Shown here one piece after another: positions 1 through 8,417 of a stretch of 32,000 nucleotides of DNA; the first letter of the stretch is position 1; the number at the start of each line of letters is the position of its first letter. The translations under genes and the position numbers were made by a program. The DNA is from Chlamydiales bacterium. Its GTDB lineage: Bacteria > Chlamydiota > Chlamydiia > Chlamydiales > SM23-39. The notes under the pieces were generated by a model that saw only the letters and a list, made by a program, of their open reading frames with translations, had not been told where the DNA came from and searched no databases. The stretch lies in assembly GCA_965261025.1 (NCBI GenBank), contig OZ253438.1, positions 480,001 through 512,000 on the forward strand. The letters are read 5' to 3'.

Positions 1-584
1 ATGCAAAGATCGGAAAAAGCTGTATCCTACATCCCATGTCTAGTGTTAGGGAACGCTGCATTTTAAAAGATAGGGTTATTCTACAGCAGGGCTCTGTCAT
101 TGGCTCTTGCGGGTTTGGTTATACCACTAATGAAAGAGGGGAATATATAAAACTAGAACAAGCTGGCAACGTAATTTTAGAAGAGGACGTAGAGATAGGC
201 GCCAATACTACCATAGATAGAGCTCGTTTTAAAAGTACCCTCATTAAAAAAGGGACAAAAATTGATAACCTGGTCCAGATTGCTCACAATGTAGAAGTAG
301 GAACAAATACAGTGATGGCAGCTCAAACGGGAATAGCAGGATCTACAAAGATAGGATCTTCTGTCATGATAGGAGGACAGGCGGGCATTCTAGGTCACAT
401 AGAAATTACAGATCAGGTTATGATAGCTACTCGAAGTGGCGTGAGTAAATCATTAAAAAAACCAGGGCAATACCGAGGTAGTCCTGCTATTCCTTTATCG
501 GAATACCATAAAAGGGAAGTTCATATACGAAAGCTAGGCAGACTTTATAAACAGCTGCGGGAACAAAAAGAAGAGATTATATGA
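1..584 (+). CDS. lpxD: UDP-3-O-acylglucosamine N-acyltransferase (LpxD), C-terminal part; 5' end lies outside the window
   Basis: Frame 3 is open from nt 3 to the TGA at 582-584, so the gene enters from the left edge. The translation is a run of hexapeptide (left-handed beta-helix) repeats, e.g. [18 protein letters not shown] and [44 protein letters not shown] short helical tail follows, as in LpxD. Confidence 0.85.
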   Translation, partial: AKIGKSCILHPMSSVRERCILKDRVILQQGSVIGSCGFGYTTNERGEYIKLEQAGNVILEEDVEIGANTTIDRARFKSTLIKKGTKIDNLVQIAHNVEVGTNTVMAAQTGIAGSTKIGSSVMIGGQAGILGHIEITDQVMIATRSGVSKSLKKPGQYRGSPAIPLSEYHKREVHIRKLGRLYKQLREQKEEII

Positions 585-660
585 ACAAAAAGGCTAGTTA
601 GTATATCTTCTTATCTGTAGAATCTTTTTTTTAATTTCTTAAAAAAGAGGTCCTAACTTT

Positions 661-1269
661 ATGGAAGCTAAACAAATAAAACTCTCTATTTGTGCAGAGC
701 TTCTTTTGTTCTTTTCAAAAATACCAAAGGGTTCTGCTTCTGATTTGCCGCGAGGTACCATCCAAATAAAAAAGGTGCAGCGCCTTGCAGAACGCATTCA
801 CAAAAAAATCCTCTTAGGAAAATCCCCTGAAGAAACTATCCAGCTTGTGTTATGGCTAAAAGAGCTTTTTTCACTACAAAATAATGACAATCTCCTTTCC
901 TGTAAAACATATGAACCTTTATCAATAGCCCGCTCTCTTTGTAAAAAATTGGAGAAAGAAGGCAAAAAGCAAACGTTATGCAGAGAATTAGATAACGCTG
1001 CTTCCTTGGAAAGGATAAAAACTCTGTTGATTAAGCTAAATTTACCAGCGTTAGGAGTTTTTCTAGCTCAATACTTTAATTTAGTTCAAATGGCCTTGCT
1101 TCCCGATCTAATAGCTAAAATAATCCTAGTTTGCCTCCTATTTTTTACTGCGCTTGCTCATTTAGTTACTGAATTCCACACGGTCTCATTCAGTACTAAG
1201 AAAGTCAAAGAGCTAGAAGAGAAAGTAGTAGAAGTAGTAGAAGTAATAGAAAAGTCTTCTTCTTTATGA
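661..1269 (+). CDS. Hypothetical helical protein with a C-terminal bilobed hydrophobic domain (Inc-like topology)
   Basis: ATG at 661 with AAGAGG 10 nt upstream. Two ~20-residue hydrophobic segments are separated only by PD (LGVFLAQYFNLVQMALL-PD-LIAKIILVCLLFFTALAHLV). An acidic coiled-coil-like tail follows (KELEEKVVEVVEVIEK). A strong hairpin terminator lies directly downstream. No recognisable enzymatic motif. Confidence 0.6.
   Translation: MEAKQIKLSICAELLLFFSKIPKGSASDLPRGTIQIKKVQRLAERIHKKILLGKSPEETIQLVLWLKELFSLQNNDNLLSCKTYEPLSIARSLCKKLEKEGKKQTLCRELDNAASLERIKTLLIKLNLPALGVFLAQYFNLVQMALLPDLIAKIILVCLLFFTALAHLVTEFHTVSFSTKKVKELEEKVVEVVEVIEKSSSL
1225..1251 (+). repeat. In-frame tandem 9-bp repeat x3 (GTAGTAGAA GTAGTAGAA GTAATAGAA) encoding VVE-VVE-VIE
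   Basis: Read directly from the sequence. Two perfect copies and one copy with a single mismatch, inside the 3' end of the 661..1269 CDS. Confidence 0.8.
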
Positions 1270-1275
1270 AAAGAG

Positions 1276-1323
1276 AAAAGCTCCTCGCAAACGAAGCTAA
1301 AAGCAGTTTGGAGGAGCTTTTTT
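1276..1323. terminator. Bidirectional rho-independent terminator between convergent genes 661..1269 (+) and 1366..1761 (-)
   Basis: Stem GCTCCTC(g)CAAAC (1280-1292) pairs with GTTTG-GAGGAGC (1306-1317) around a 13-nt loop. It is flanked by an A-run on the left and T6 (1318-1323) on the right, so a T-tract follows the hairpin on both strands. Confidence 0.65.
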
Positions 1324-1365
1324 GTAGTTCAGGTACCTAAAGAGGTTCTTAGAGAAGCTCCTTAA

Positions 1366-1761
1366 TTAATCAAGAGACTCGCAACCCATGATATCTCTGG
1401 AAAATTTTTGATTTTTCCAATGGGTAGTACCTATGACTTTCCGCTGTTTTGGATGTAACCGATAAACATCATATTGCTCTCTCTGTTCTTCCTGATAAAT
1501 CCAACGCGTTCTGATAGTAACGGATATAGATTTGGAACTTTTATTTACCAGATAAACCCAAGAACCATAATCACCGCCAACATATTTATACTCTAACTTT
1601 GCAGCACCACTACAATCAGGACTCACATCGCAATCTTCCGATGTTATCTCCTCAGGCAAGAGAGGTTGTTCAATCTCCTCCTCCATTGCACAAACAGATG
1701 TAAAAAGCCCAAGGGTAAAAAACAGTAAAAAATGGAATAGAGATTTCTTTTTTATAGTCAT
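1366..1761 (-). CDS. Small Sec-secreted hypothetical protein (131 aa precursor)
   Basis: I chose the internal ATG at 1761 rather than the ORF-track start at 1833, because AAGGAG lies 7 nt upstream of it. From that start the N-terminus is a classical signal peptide (MTIKKKSLFHFLLFFTLGLFTSVCA|MEEE). The mature part is acidic at its N-terminus, then beta-rich, and contains 4 Cys. No family recognised. Confidence 0.65.
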   Translation of the reverse strand: MTIKKKSLFHFLLFFTLGLFTSVCAMEEEIEQPLLPEEITSEDCDVSPDCSGAAKLEYKYVGGDYGSWVYLVNKSSKSISVTIRTRWIYQEEQREQYDVYRLHPKQRKVIGTTHWKNQKFSRDIMGCESLD

Positions 1762-1958
1762 TTTAAAACTCCTTTCGGTTAAGGTTTTATGCAAGAAGAC
1801 CAGTACAATTCCATCTGCTTCCTTTGTTTTCAATATTTTTTTTATTTTTTATTTCTAAGAATGAGGGAAATGTATTTGAAAAGAGGAGAAGATTCAATAG
1901 CAATACCAGACGATATCTGCAACCTACTAAGAAATCCCAAAAAGCTAACAAAAATCAA

Positions 1959-2930
1959 TTAAGAATGAGTCTCAGGGATAATAGAAAATAGTATTGGAAA
2001 CTCCCCCTTTTGCTGCTGTAAGATAGCAAAGAGCTGCTTCATAAAACCTTTGTTTTTATTAAAATCAGTTTCAGACTTTCTCTTTTCTGTAATAGCAACA
2101 AAATCTCTTGCCTCTTTTACTAGAGATTTTCTAAATACAAAGTCCGCAGAGTCTTTTCTTGCATCTTTCAAAAAAGTTAGATAATTCGGGTCAAAACTTT
2201 TTTGTCTAACCCGAATAATATCGAGACAGTCAGCAGATTGATAAGCTACGTACTCTGCTTTTAGATCTTTGTCTAAGCCCCTATTTTCTCCTTTGATAAT
2301 AGAGCAAGATTGCTTTTTAGCCAGAGATGCTTCTATTCCTTTTTTTATGAGATATTGTTCTAAAAGATCGGCTGATTCTTTCTCCCAAATATCCACACCA
2401 TTTCCTTTTCTACCAGAATCATGCATCCCAGTTATACGCCTTGCTAATAAAAAATCTATTTCTTGGTTTTTCTCAATTAGCTTCCTAGCTATTACCTCAC
2501 AAAAGATAATACAGCGGGCAATATGCATGCGGCCATGAATTTTAGGATGATCAAAAGAAGATTCATGTTGTTCATAATAGAGAAATATTTCCTCTTCTAA
2601 TTCCTGAATGAAGTTTTGAAAAGAGCTCTTAACCTCTTGTGAAGCTACAGGGATAACTAAAGAAGCGCTTATTTGAGAATCTTCCAATTCTTCTTCTTGA
2701 TAAAAAAACCTTTTCACAAAACCTATTATCGAAACACTTAGGACTAAAATAACCCCCAGTAATTCTTTTTCTACAGAAAAGGTATTAAAACTCTTATAAG
2801 CACAAGCAAAAATCTGACTCAACAGGATTATCCCTGAAATAGTTAGAGCCGTCTTTACTACCGTTTCAACCGGAAATTCGTGAAAAAACCGATCTGGTAC
2901 ATTTTTCGGAATACTACTTAATTGATACAC
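1959..2930 (-). CDS. Membrane-anchored hypothetical protein: N-terminal pair of hydrophobic segments plus an HD-phosphohydrolase-like domain
   Basis: 323-aa ORF. The start codon at 2930 is GTG without a clear SD, so the start is uncertain. Two hydrophobic segments (VVKTALTISGIILLSQIFACAY and LLGVILVLSVSIIGFV) are separated by 11 residues. The downstream motif series HGRMHIAR ... GMHDSGRK ... QSADCLDIIR fits the H..H / HD.G[KR] / D pattern of the HD superfamily. Confidence 0.55.
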   Translation of the reverse strand: MYQLSSIPKNVPDRFFHEFPVETVVKTALTISGIILLSQIFACAYKSFNTFSVEKELLGVILVLSVSIIGFVKRFFYQEEELEDSQISASLVIPVASQEVKSSFQNFIQELEEEIFLYYEQHESSFDHPKIHGRMHIARCIIFCEVIARKLIEKNQEIDFLLARRITGMHDSGRKGNGVDIWEKESADLLEQYLIKKGIEASLAKKQSCSIIKGENRGLDKDLKAEYVAYQSADCLDIIRVRQKSFDPNYLTFLKDARKDSADFVFRKSLVKEARDFVAITEKRKSETDFNKNKGFMKQLFAILQQQKGEFPILFSIIPETHS

Positions 2931-3000
2931 TAGGAGAAACTTATATCAAAATTTTAATAAAATAGGAAGTTTTATTTTTTCTTAAAACAAACTTATTATA

Positions 3001-3038
3001 AAAACCCCTTTTCATTAGAATTTTTCTGAAGGGGTTTT
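3001..3038. other. Orphan terminator-like hairpin in a divergent intergenic region
   Basis: AAAACCCCTT (3001-3010) pairs perfectly with AAGGGGTTTT (3029-3038) around an 18-nt loop. T-runs follow the GC core on both strands. It lies upstream of both flanking genes (1959..2930 on minus, 3157..3420 on plus), so it terminates neither. Confidence 0.4.
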
Positions 3039-3156
3039 ATAAGATCTTTTTTAGAGGAAATATTCAGAAAAACCTGATGGAGACACCCTAATTTTTTCTA
3101 AAGTAGACTTTGCTTTTTTTTCGACCTTAATCTAGGCTGGTTGATTAAAAGGGTGT

Positions 3157-3420
3157 ATGGCAAAGCTTATTTTTGAAGATAACCAAGAAGAAATAGAACT
3201 GGAAGACGGCTCCCCTATACAGGACTCTTGTGAGAAAGCGGGAATTCCCTTTGCTTGTACAGAGGGTATCTGTGGGACTTGTGTCATTGAAGTGACAGAA
3301 GGTATGGAGAATCTTTCCCCTTATAAGCAAGAAGAAGAAGATTTTTTGGGAGAGATGCAAAAGGAAAGGCTTGCTTGCCAATGCAACATTCAAAAGGGTA
3401 CTGTAAAAATTAAATTCTAA
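3157..3420 (+). CDS. [2Fe-2S] ferredoxin (plant/vertebrate-type Cys spacing)
   Basis: 87 aa. Cluster ligand pattern C-x4-C-x2-C (CTEGICGTC) plus a distal Cys in LACQC. The small acidic beta-grasp-like sequence is typical of 2Fe-2S ferredoxins. Confidence 0.8.
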   Translation: MAKLIFEDNQEEIELEDGSPIQDSCEKAGIPFACTEGICGTCVIEVTEGMENLSPYKQEEEDFLGEMQKERLACQCNIQKGTVKIKF

Positions 3421-3431
3421 GGAGTATTTTT

Positions 3432-3989
3432 GTGAAATCGATTGTAAAGGAAATGACCATAGAAGAAATTTTCCAAACCTTCCCTGAAAAAAGTGAGCGT
3501 TTAGCCCAAGAGCTTACTAATCATGGTCTTCACTGTGTAGGTTGTAGTGCCTCCACTTGGGAAACTTTAGAAGCAGGTCTCCTTTCTCATGGAAAATCGG
3601 AGGAACAAATCTCTATCCTTGTAGAAAAGCTAAATGCTATCTTAAAAGAAAAGTTTGATCCTGAGACCATTACTCTGACAAAGGCTGCTGCTGAAAAATA
3701 CAAGGCTATCTTAAAAGAAGAGGGAAAAGAAACCTGGGGGCTTCGTCTCGGAGATCGGCCTGCCGGTTGTAGTGGTTATGAATACACCTTGGATTATTCA
3801 GAAAAACCTCAGGAGGAAGATCTCGTTTTTCACTCCTCAGGAATCGAAATCCATGTGCATAAGAATCAAGCTCCTCGCCTTGTTGGCTCTATTATTGACT
3901 ATGTAGATGGACTACAAGGGGCAGGATTTAAGATTAGCAATCCTAATAGCCACTCTTCTTGTAAGTGCGGCTCTTCTCATGGATATTAA
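3432..3989 (+). CDS. Fusion of a DUF1858 (hybrid-cluster-protein-associated redox disulfide) domain with an IscA/HesB A-type Fe-S carrier
   Basis: GTG start with AAGGAG 7 nt upstream. The N-terminal [12 protein letters not shown]...[18 protein letters not shown] matches the DUF1858 CxxC signature. The C-terminal half ([15 protein letters not shown]...GCSGYEY...[15 protein letters not shown]) matches the HesB/IscA family with its C...CxC ligands. Confidence 0.8.
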   Translation: MKSIVKEMTIEEIFQTFPEKSERLAQELTNHGLHCVGCSASTWETLEAGLLSHGKSEEQISILVEKLNAILKEKFDPETITLTKAAAEKYKAILKEEGKETWGLRLGDRPAGCSGYEYTLDYSEKPQEEDLVFHSSGIEIHVHKNQAPRLVGSIIDYVDGLQGAGFKISNPNSHSSCKCGSSHGY

Positions 3990-5014
3990 GGAAAAAGGTT
4001 TTTTTCTAAACCGGGGTCTTCTAAAAAGTCTTTAATGCTTTTAAGGAACTGGATTGCCTCCTGTCCATCTATGATCCTATGGTCATAACTTAGGGCAAGA
4101 TACATCATAGGTCGAATCTCTATTTTTTCTCCTACTACAACCGCCCTTTTTTGGATGGCATGCATTCCTAAAATGGCGCTTTGAGGAGGATTTAGAAGGG
4201 GTGTAGAGAATAAGGAACCAAAAACTCCTCCATTGGTGATAGTAAAAGTACCCCCTTTAAGAAGGTCTACTGAAATATTTGCTCCTCTAGCCCTTTCAGC
4301 AAAATCTTTTAGCTTCTTTTCCATTTCTGATAGAGAAAGCGTTTCTGCCTTTTTTATAACTGGAACCATAAGCCCTTTCTCTGTTGAAACAGCAATTCCC
4401 AGATCACAAAAATCATGATACACAATTTCCTCTTTATCTAAAAAAGCGTTTAGCTTGGGATATTTTTGAAGGGCAAAGGAAGAGGCTTTAGCAAAAAAAG
4501 AGACGAAACCAAGCTTTACTTGATATTTTTGTAAAAACTCTTCTTTTTTCTTTTCCTTTATCTCTATTACAAAGGACATATCTACCTCGTTAAAAGTAGT
4601 GAGCATAGCTGTTTCTTGCATGACCCCTACAAGCCTTTTTGCAACTAGTTTTCTAAGGCCTGTCATCTTCTCCCTTCTCTCTCCTTCTGAGCTTTTCTTC
4701 TCAGTTAGAATCTCTTTTTTTTCTTTTGCTTCCTCTTTGATAAATCCTTGCTCTCGAGAAGTTTCTGAATTGGTAGCTGCTTCAACATCAATGAATCCGA
4801 CTACCTCCCCTATTTTTACTACTTTTCCCACCTCTACTTGCCAGCTAATTCTTCCTGATTTGGGGGCATAAACTACTTGATTTACCTTATCCGTTTCTAT
4901 TTCTACAATTTCTTCTCCCTCTGTGACAAAAGATCCTTCCTGCTTTAAAATAGTAGCTATGGTAGCTTCTAAAACGGATTCCCCAGAGGGGGGGATTTTT
5001 ATTTCTACTTTCAT
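3986..5014 (-). CDS. sucB: Dihydrolipoamide succinyltransferase, E2 of 2-oxoglutarate dehydrogenase
   Basis: N-terminal lipoyl domain with EIETDKV (lipoyl-Lys). Charged linker. C-terminal 2-oxoacid acyltransferase domain with the catalytic SYDHRIIDG motif. Its start overlaps the sucA stop (ATGA). Confidence 0.9.
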   Translation of the reverse strand: MKVEIKIPPSGESVLEATIATILKQEGSFVTEGEEIVEIETDKVNQVVYAPKSGRISWQVEVGKVVKIGEVVGFIDVEAATNSETSREQGFIKEEAKEKKEILTEKKSSEGERREKMTGLRKLVAKRLVGVMQETAMLTTFNEVDMSFVIEIKEKKKEEFLQKYQVKLGFVSFFAKASSFALQKYPKLNAFLDKEEIVYHDFCDLGIAVSTEKGLMVPVIKKAETLSLSEMEKKLKDFAERARGANISVDLLKGGTFTITNGGVFGSLFSTPLLNPPQSAILGMHAIQKRAVVVGEKIEIRPMMYLALSYDHRIIDGQEAIQFLKSIKDFLEDPGLEKNLFP

Positions 5015-7647
5015 AAAAAAACTCTTTCTATAATTTCTTTTTGTTCTGAAATATGTCTGGAAAAAGCTCCAGAAGAAGGCGTTTCTTCCCTTTTCCTTCC
5101 TATGTATTCAATCTGGGGAAAAAAAGTCTTTAAGGGGGAGGCTACTGAATACCAAGCTCCCATATTTTCTGGTTCTTCTTGAACCCAAAGATGACGTTTT
5201 ACGAGAGGATACCTCTCTGCTATTTCCTTGAGCTTTTCTGTATCTACTGGATAAAGCTGTTCTATTCGGAGGAATAAGAACCCCTCTTTTTTAAGTTCCT
5301 CTCTTTTTTGTAAAAGCTCATAATAAATCTTTCCTGTGCAAAAAACTACTGCTTCCACAAAAGATATAGTCTCTTCCAAAATAGGAGAAAAACTTCCTTG
5401 TAAAAACTCTTTTAAAGCACTTTTACAAAGAGGGTTTCTTAAAAAACTTTTAGGGGTAAACACTATCAACGGTTTTTTATTCTTAGATTTAGCCTGTCTC
5501 CTTAACAAATGAAAATACTGAGAGGCCGTAGTAGGATTTACTACATACCAGTTGTTATTTGCACTAAGCTGTAAAAATCTTTCTATTCTAGCAGAAGAAT
5601 GCTCTGGTCCTCCTCCCTCATAGCCATGTGGCAATAAAAGCGTTAAAGAACAAACTTCCTCCCATTTTTTCTTTGAACTGCTTATATATTGATCTATAAT
5701 CACTTGAGCTGCATTGGCAAAATCTCCATATTGTGCTTCCCAGAGAGTAAGTCCTTCTAAAAAAGCCTGATTATACCCATACTCAAAACCTAAAACTCCC
5801 TGTTCAGAAAGTAAAGAGTTATACACATAAAAAGAGGCCTGTCCTTCTCTTATATGTTGTAGTGGGAGGTATCTTTTTCCCTTTTTTTGATCAATCCAAG
5901 CAGCATGTCTATGACTAAAAGTTCCTCTACAACAATCTTGCCCTGAAAGGCGAACTGAAATCCCTTCTTCTAACAGAGAAGCAAAAGCTAAAGTCTCTGC
6001 AAAAGCAAAATCAATCTCTTCTATTTTTTTTCGTGCCTCTAGCAATTTTTCCAGTTTAGAATGTATAGAAAAACCCTCTGGAATCTTCGTACATTTTTCC
6101 ACTAAAAAAAGGATTTTTTCTTTAGAAAGAGCTGTTTCTACTTTTTGCTCTTCCCCATCTTGTTTTTTTTCTCTTCCATGAATTTCCTTAAAAGACGGAG
6201 GGGTCTGCTTATACTTTTCTGTTTGCTTTTTTTCTTGTTCTAAAAATAGAAAAAAATTCTCTTTTTCTTTTTTAGCCTCTTCTAGGGAAAAAATTCCCTC
6301 TCCTATTAGTCTTTCTTGATAAAGCTCAAAAATAGTCTTTTTTTTGCGTAGAATTTCATATTGTTGAGGCTGGGTAAAAGAAGGTTCATCTGTTTCATTA
6401 TGCCCATACTTTCTACATCCCAATAAATGGATAAAAACATCTACAGCAAATTTCTGTCTTATCAAAGAGGCCAGTTCTGCAACAAAAAAAGCTTCTTCTA
6501 CCTCTTCTGCTCTTACATGAAAAACTGGGAAGGAAAATGCTTTGGCAATATCGGTTGGATACATAGTAGATCTGGTTTCTTCAGGATTTGCTGTAAACCC
6601 TATTTCATTATCTAATACAATATGGACCCCTCCTCCTATCTCATATCCTTGCAGACGGGACATCTGCAAACATTCGTAGACGATCCCCTGACCTGAAATA
6701 GCCGCATCACCATGCACCAAAATAGGAAAAACTTCTCTTCTTTGTTCCTCAAAAAACTGATCTTGTTCTGCTCTTGCAAATCCCATACAAACAGGATCTA
6801 CTGATTCTAAATGGGAAGGATTTGCTATCAGTTTTACAGACATCTCTTCTTTTTCAAAGCAAAGATTTGTGGAAAATCCCTTATGATAGTTTACGTCACT
6901 GCTTCCCTCTTCTTGTAAAGGCTGATAGAAATTTTCAAACTCATAAAAGGCCACGGAAAATTTTTTTTGTAAAAGATTACTTAAAACATTTAATCTTCCC
7001 CTATGAGGCATCCCTATGACAGCTTTTTTGGCTCCCTCTTTTTGGGATGTTTTCAAAAGGCTCTCCATCACAGGGATAAAAGTCTCTAGTCCTTCCAAAG
7101 AAAATCTTTTTTTTCCCGTGTATCGAGTTTGTAAAAACTGCTCAAATCCTTCTGCTTTCATTAAAGAGAAAAAGAGCTCTTTCTTCTTCTGTTTGCAGAT
7201 CTGACTTAAAAAAGGCTCTATCTTTGCTTGGATCCACCCCTGTATTTTTTCTTCTACTTGTTCATATTCAAAACCTATTTTTCCTGCATAGGTTCTTTGT
7301 AAAATAGAAAGTAAATTTTCCAAAGAAGTACTTCCTCCCTCAAAAAAACCAAAAGAAGGAACTGTTTTGGGCAGATCTTTTTCTGATAAGTTATGCGTTT
7401 TCAAAGCAAGTTGCCAGGGCTCTTGCTCTGGATTTCTCCATTTAAGATGGCCCCATTTTCGATAAGATTGAATCAGGGAAAAGACATCCAATACCTCAGA
7501 AGATAAAGAATAGAGTTCTAAGGAAGCTAATTCTATACCCGAAAAAAAACTTTGCCAAAAACCGGAAATACTAGAGGGATCTCTCTGGTATTTTTCCTGC
7601 ATTAGAGCAAGAGTTTGAAGGGTAATGAGATTGCATCTGTTGTGCAT
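5011..7647 (-). CDS. sucA: 2-oxoglutarate dehydrogenase E1 component
   Basis: 878 aa. Thiamine-diphosphate E1o hallmarks are [40 protein letters not shown] and [25 protein letters not shown]. Translationally coupled to sucB. Confidence 0.92.
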   Translation of the reverse strand: MHNRCNLITLQTLALMQEKYQRDPSSISGFWQSFFSGIELASLELYSLSSEVLDVFSLIQSYRKWGHLKWRNPEQEPWQLALKTHNLSEKDLPKTVPSFGFFEGGSTSLENLLSILQRTYAGKIGFEYEQVEEKIQGWIQAKIEPFLSQICKQKKKELFFSLMKAEGFEQFLQTRYTGKKRFSLEGLETFIPVMESLLKTSQKEGAKKAVIGMPHRGRLNVLSNLLQKKFSVAFYEFENFYQPLQEEGSSDVNYHKGFSTNLCFEKEEMSVKLIANPSHLESVDPVCMGFARAEQDQFFEEQRREVFPILVHGDAAISGQGIVYECLQMSRLQGYEIGGGVHIVLDNEIGFTANPEETRSTMYPTDIAKAFSFPVFHVRAEEVEEAFFVAELASLIRQKFAVDVFIHLLGCRKYGHNETDEPSFTQPQQYEILRKKKTIFELYQERLIGEGIFSLEEAKKEKENFFLFLEQEKKQTEKYKQTPPSFKEIHGREKKQDGEEQKVETALSKEKILFLVEKCTKIPEGFSIHSKLEKLLEARKKIEEIDFAFAETLAFASLLEEGISVRLSGQDCCRGTFSHRHAAWIDQKKGKRYLPLQHIREGQASFYVYNSLLSEQGVLGFEYGYNQAFLEGLTLWEAQYGDFANAAQVIIDQYISSSKKKWEEVCSLTLLLPHGYEGGGPEHSSARIERFLQLSANNNWYVVNPTTASQYFHLLRRQAKSKNKKPLIVFTPKSFLRNPLCKSALKEFLQGSFSPILEETISFVEAVVFCTGKIYYELLQKREELKKEGFLFLRIEQLYPVDTEKLKEIAERYPLVKRHLWVQEEPENMGAWYSVASPLKTFFPQIEYIGRKREETPSSGAFSRHISEQKEIIERVFL

Positions 7648-7768
7648 GTTGATAGCCCTTTTCCCTTTGAAATAACACAGACCTCTTAGAAAAGAAAGTA
7701 TTCCCTTCTAAAAATTGTTTTCTCTAAGTAAACTTTTCGCCCTTATCTGGATTTAAAAGGAGAAAATT

Positions 7769-8317
7769 ATGATCCCCCGAGCAACTAGTTCACATTCCTC
7801 TTACCTTTCTACAAATGATACACCTAAGCATTGTGAAAAAAACCTTATAAAAGTAATTCATATGATTTTAGGAGAAGTGCAATCCTACGATGTTCAATAT
7901 TGTTTACAAACAAAAACCATCTCCTTCAAAACTAAAAATCTTTCCTCAAAAAAAGAAATCCAGAATCTATTAAATGGCTTTATCTTTTCAGGAACTTATC
8001 CGATAGTCTCCCTTGATAAGAAGAACCCAAAGGAGGGAAAAATTCGTTTTACTAAAAATCCTCCTCCCAAGGAGGCATCCCCTACAATAGAACAACTGGG
8101 AATACTAGAAGGAAAAATCCTAAATGTTTTCTCCAAATCAAAGATAAATATCTATACCCATTCCTATGACTTTAGCAAAAAAGAGATCTATTTTAATATC
8201 CAACAAGGCCCTTCTGAAGAGCTTATACAGAAAATCCTAAATCAAGAGATATTTGAGGGAGTTCATCCTGTTGGTACTAAAACTACGTTGGGTTTATTGA
8301 AAATTTGTTTCACTTAA
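7769..8317 (+). CDS. Hypothetical protein made of a Ser/Thr-rich N-terminus plus two copies of a ~55-residue domain
   Basis: ATG with AAGGAG 6 nt upstream. Internal duplication: YDVQYCLQTKTISFKTKNLSSKKEIQNLLNGFIFSGTYPIVS...GKIRFTK versus YTHSYDFSKKEIYFNIQQGPSEELIQKILNQEIFEGVHPVGT...LLKICFT. No signal peptide and no known motif. Confidence 0.6.
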   Translation: MIPRATSSHSSYLSTNDTPKHCEKNLIKVIHMILGEVQSYDVQYCLQTKTISFKTKNLSSKKEIQNLLNGFIFSGTYPIVSLDKKNPKEGKIRFTKNPPPKEASPTIEQLGILEGKILNVFSKSKINIYTHSYDFSKKEIYFNIQQGPSEELIQKILNQEIFEGVHPVGTKTTLGLLKICFT

Positions 8318-8417
8318 ATTTGGCAAGATTGGATAAGACAAGATCTTACTAGAAAAAAATCTTTGCTTTTTTTTCTTTTTTTGCGACCCTTCAGAAGAAG
8401 TATTTTTCCGGGTTTTT

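Noticed and set aside
1762-1833. Longer start (ATG at 1833) for the secreted small protein
   Set aside because: The internal ATG at 1761 has AAGGAG 7 nt upstream and yields a proper N-terminal signal peptide. The longer form would bury the signal peptide behind 24 residues.
8366-8380. 15-nt identity (CTTTGCTTTTTTTTC) shared with 3106-3120, and similar T-rich GC-TTTTTT-C-TTTTTT tracts at 18825-18845 and 24725-24740, considered as a dispersed intergenic repeat
   Set aside because: These are low-complexity poly-T sequences in an AT-rich genome. The shared TTGCTT may simply be -35-like promoter sequence. The information content is too low to call a repeat family.
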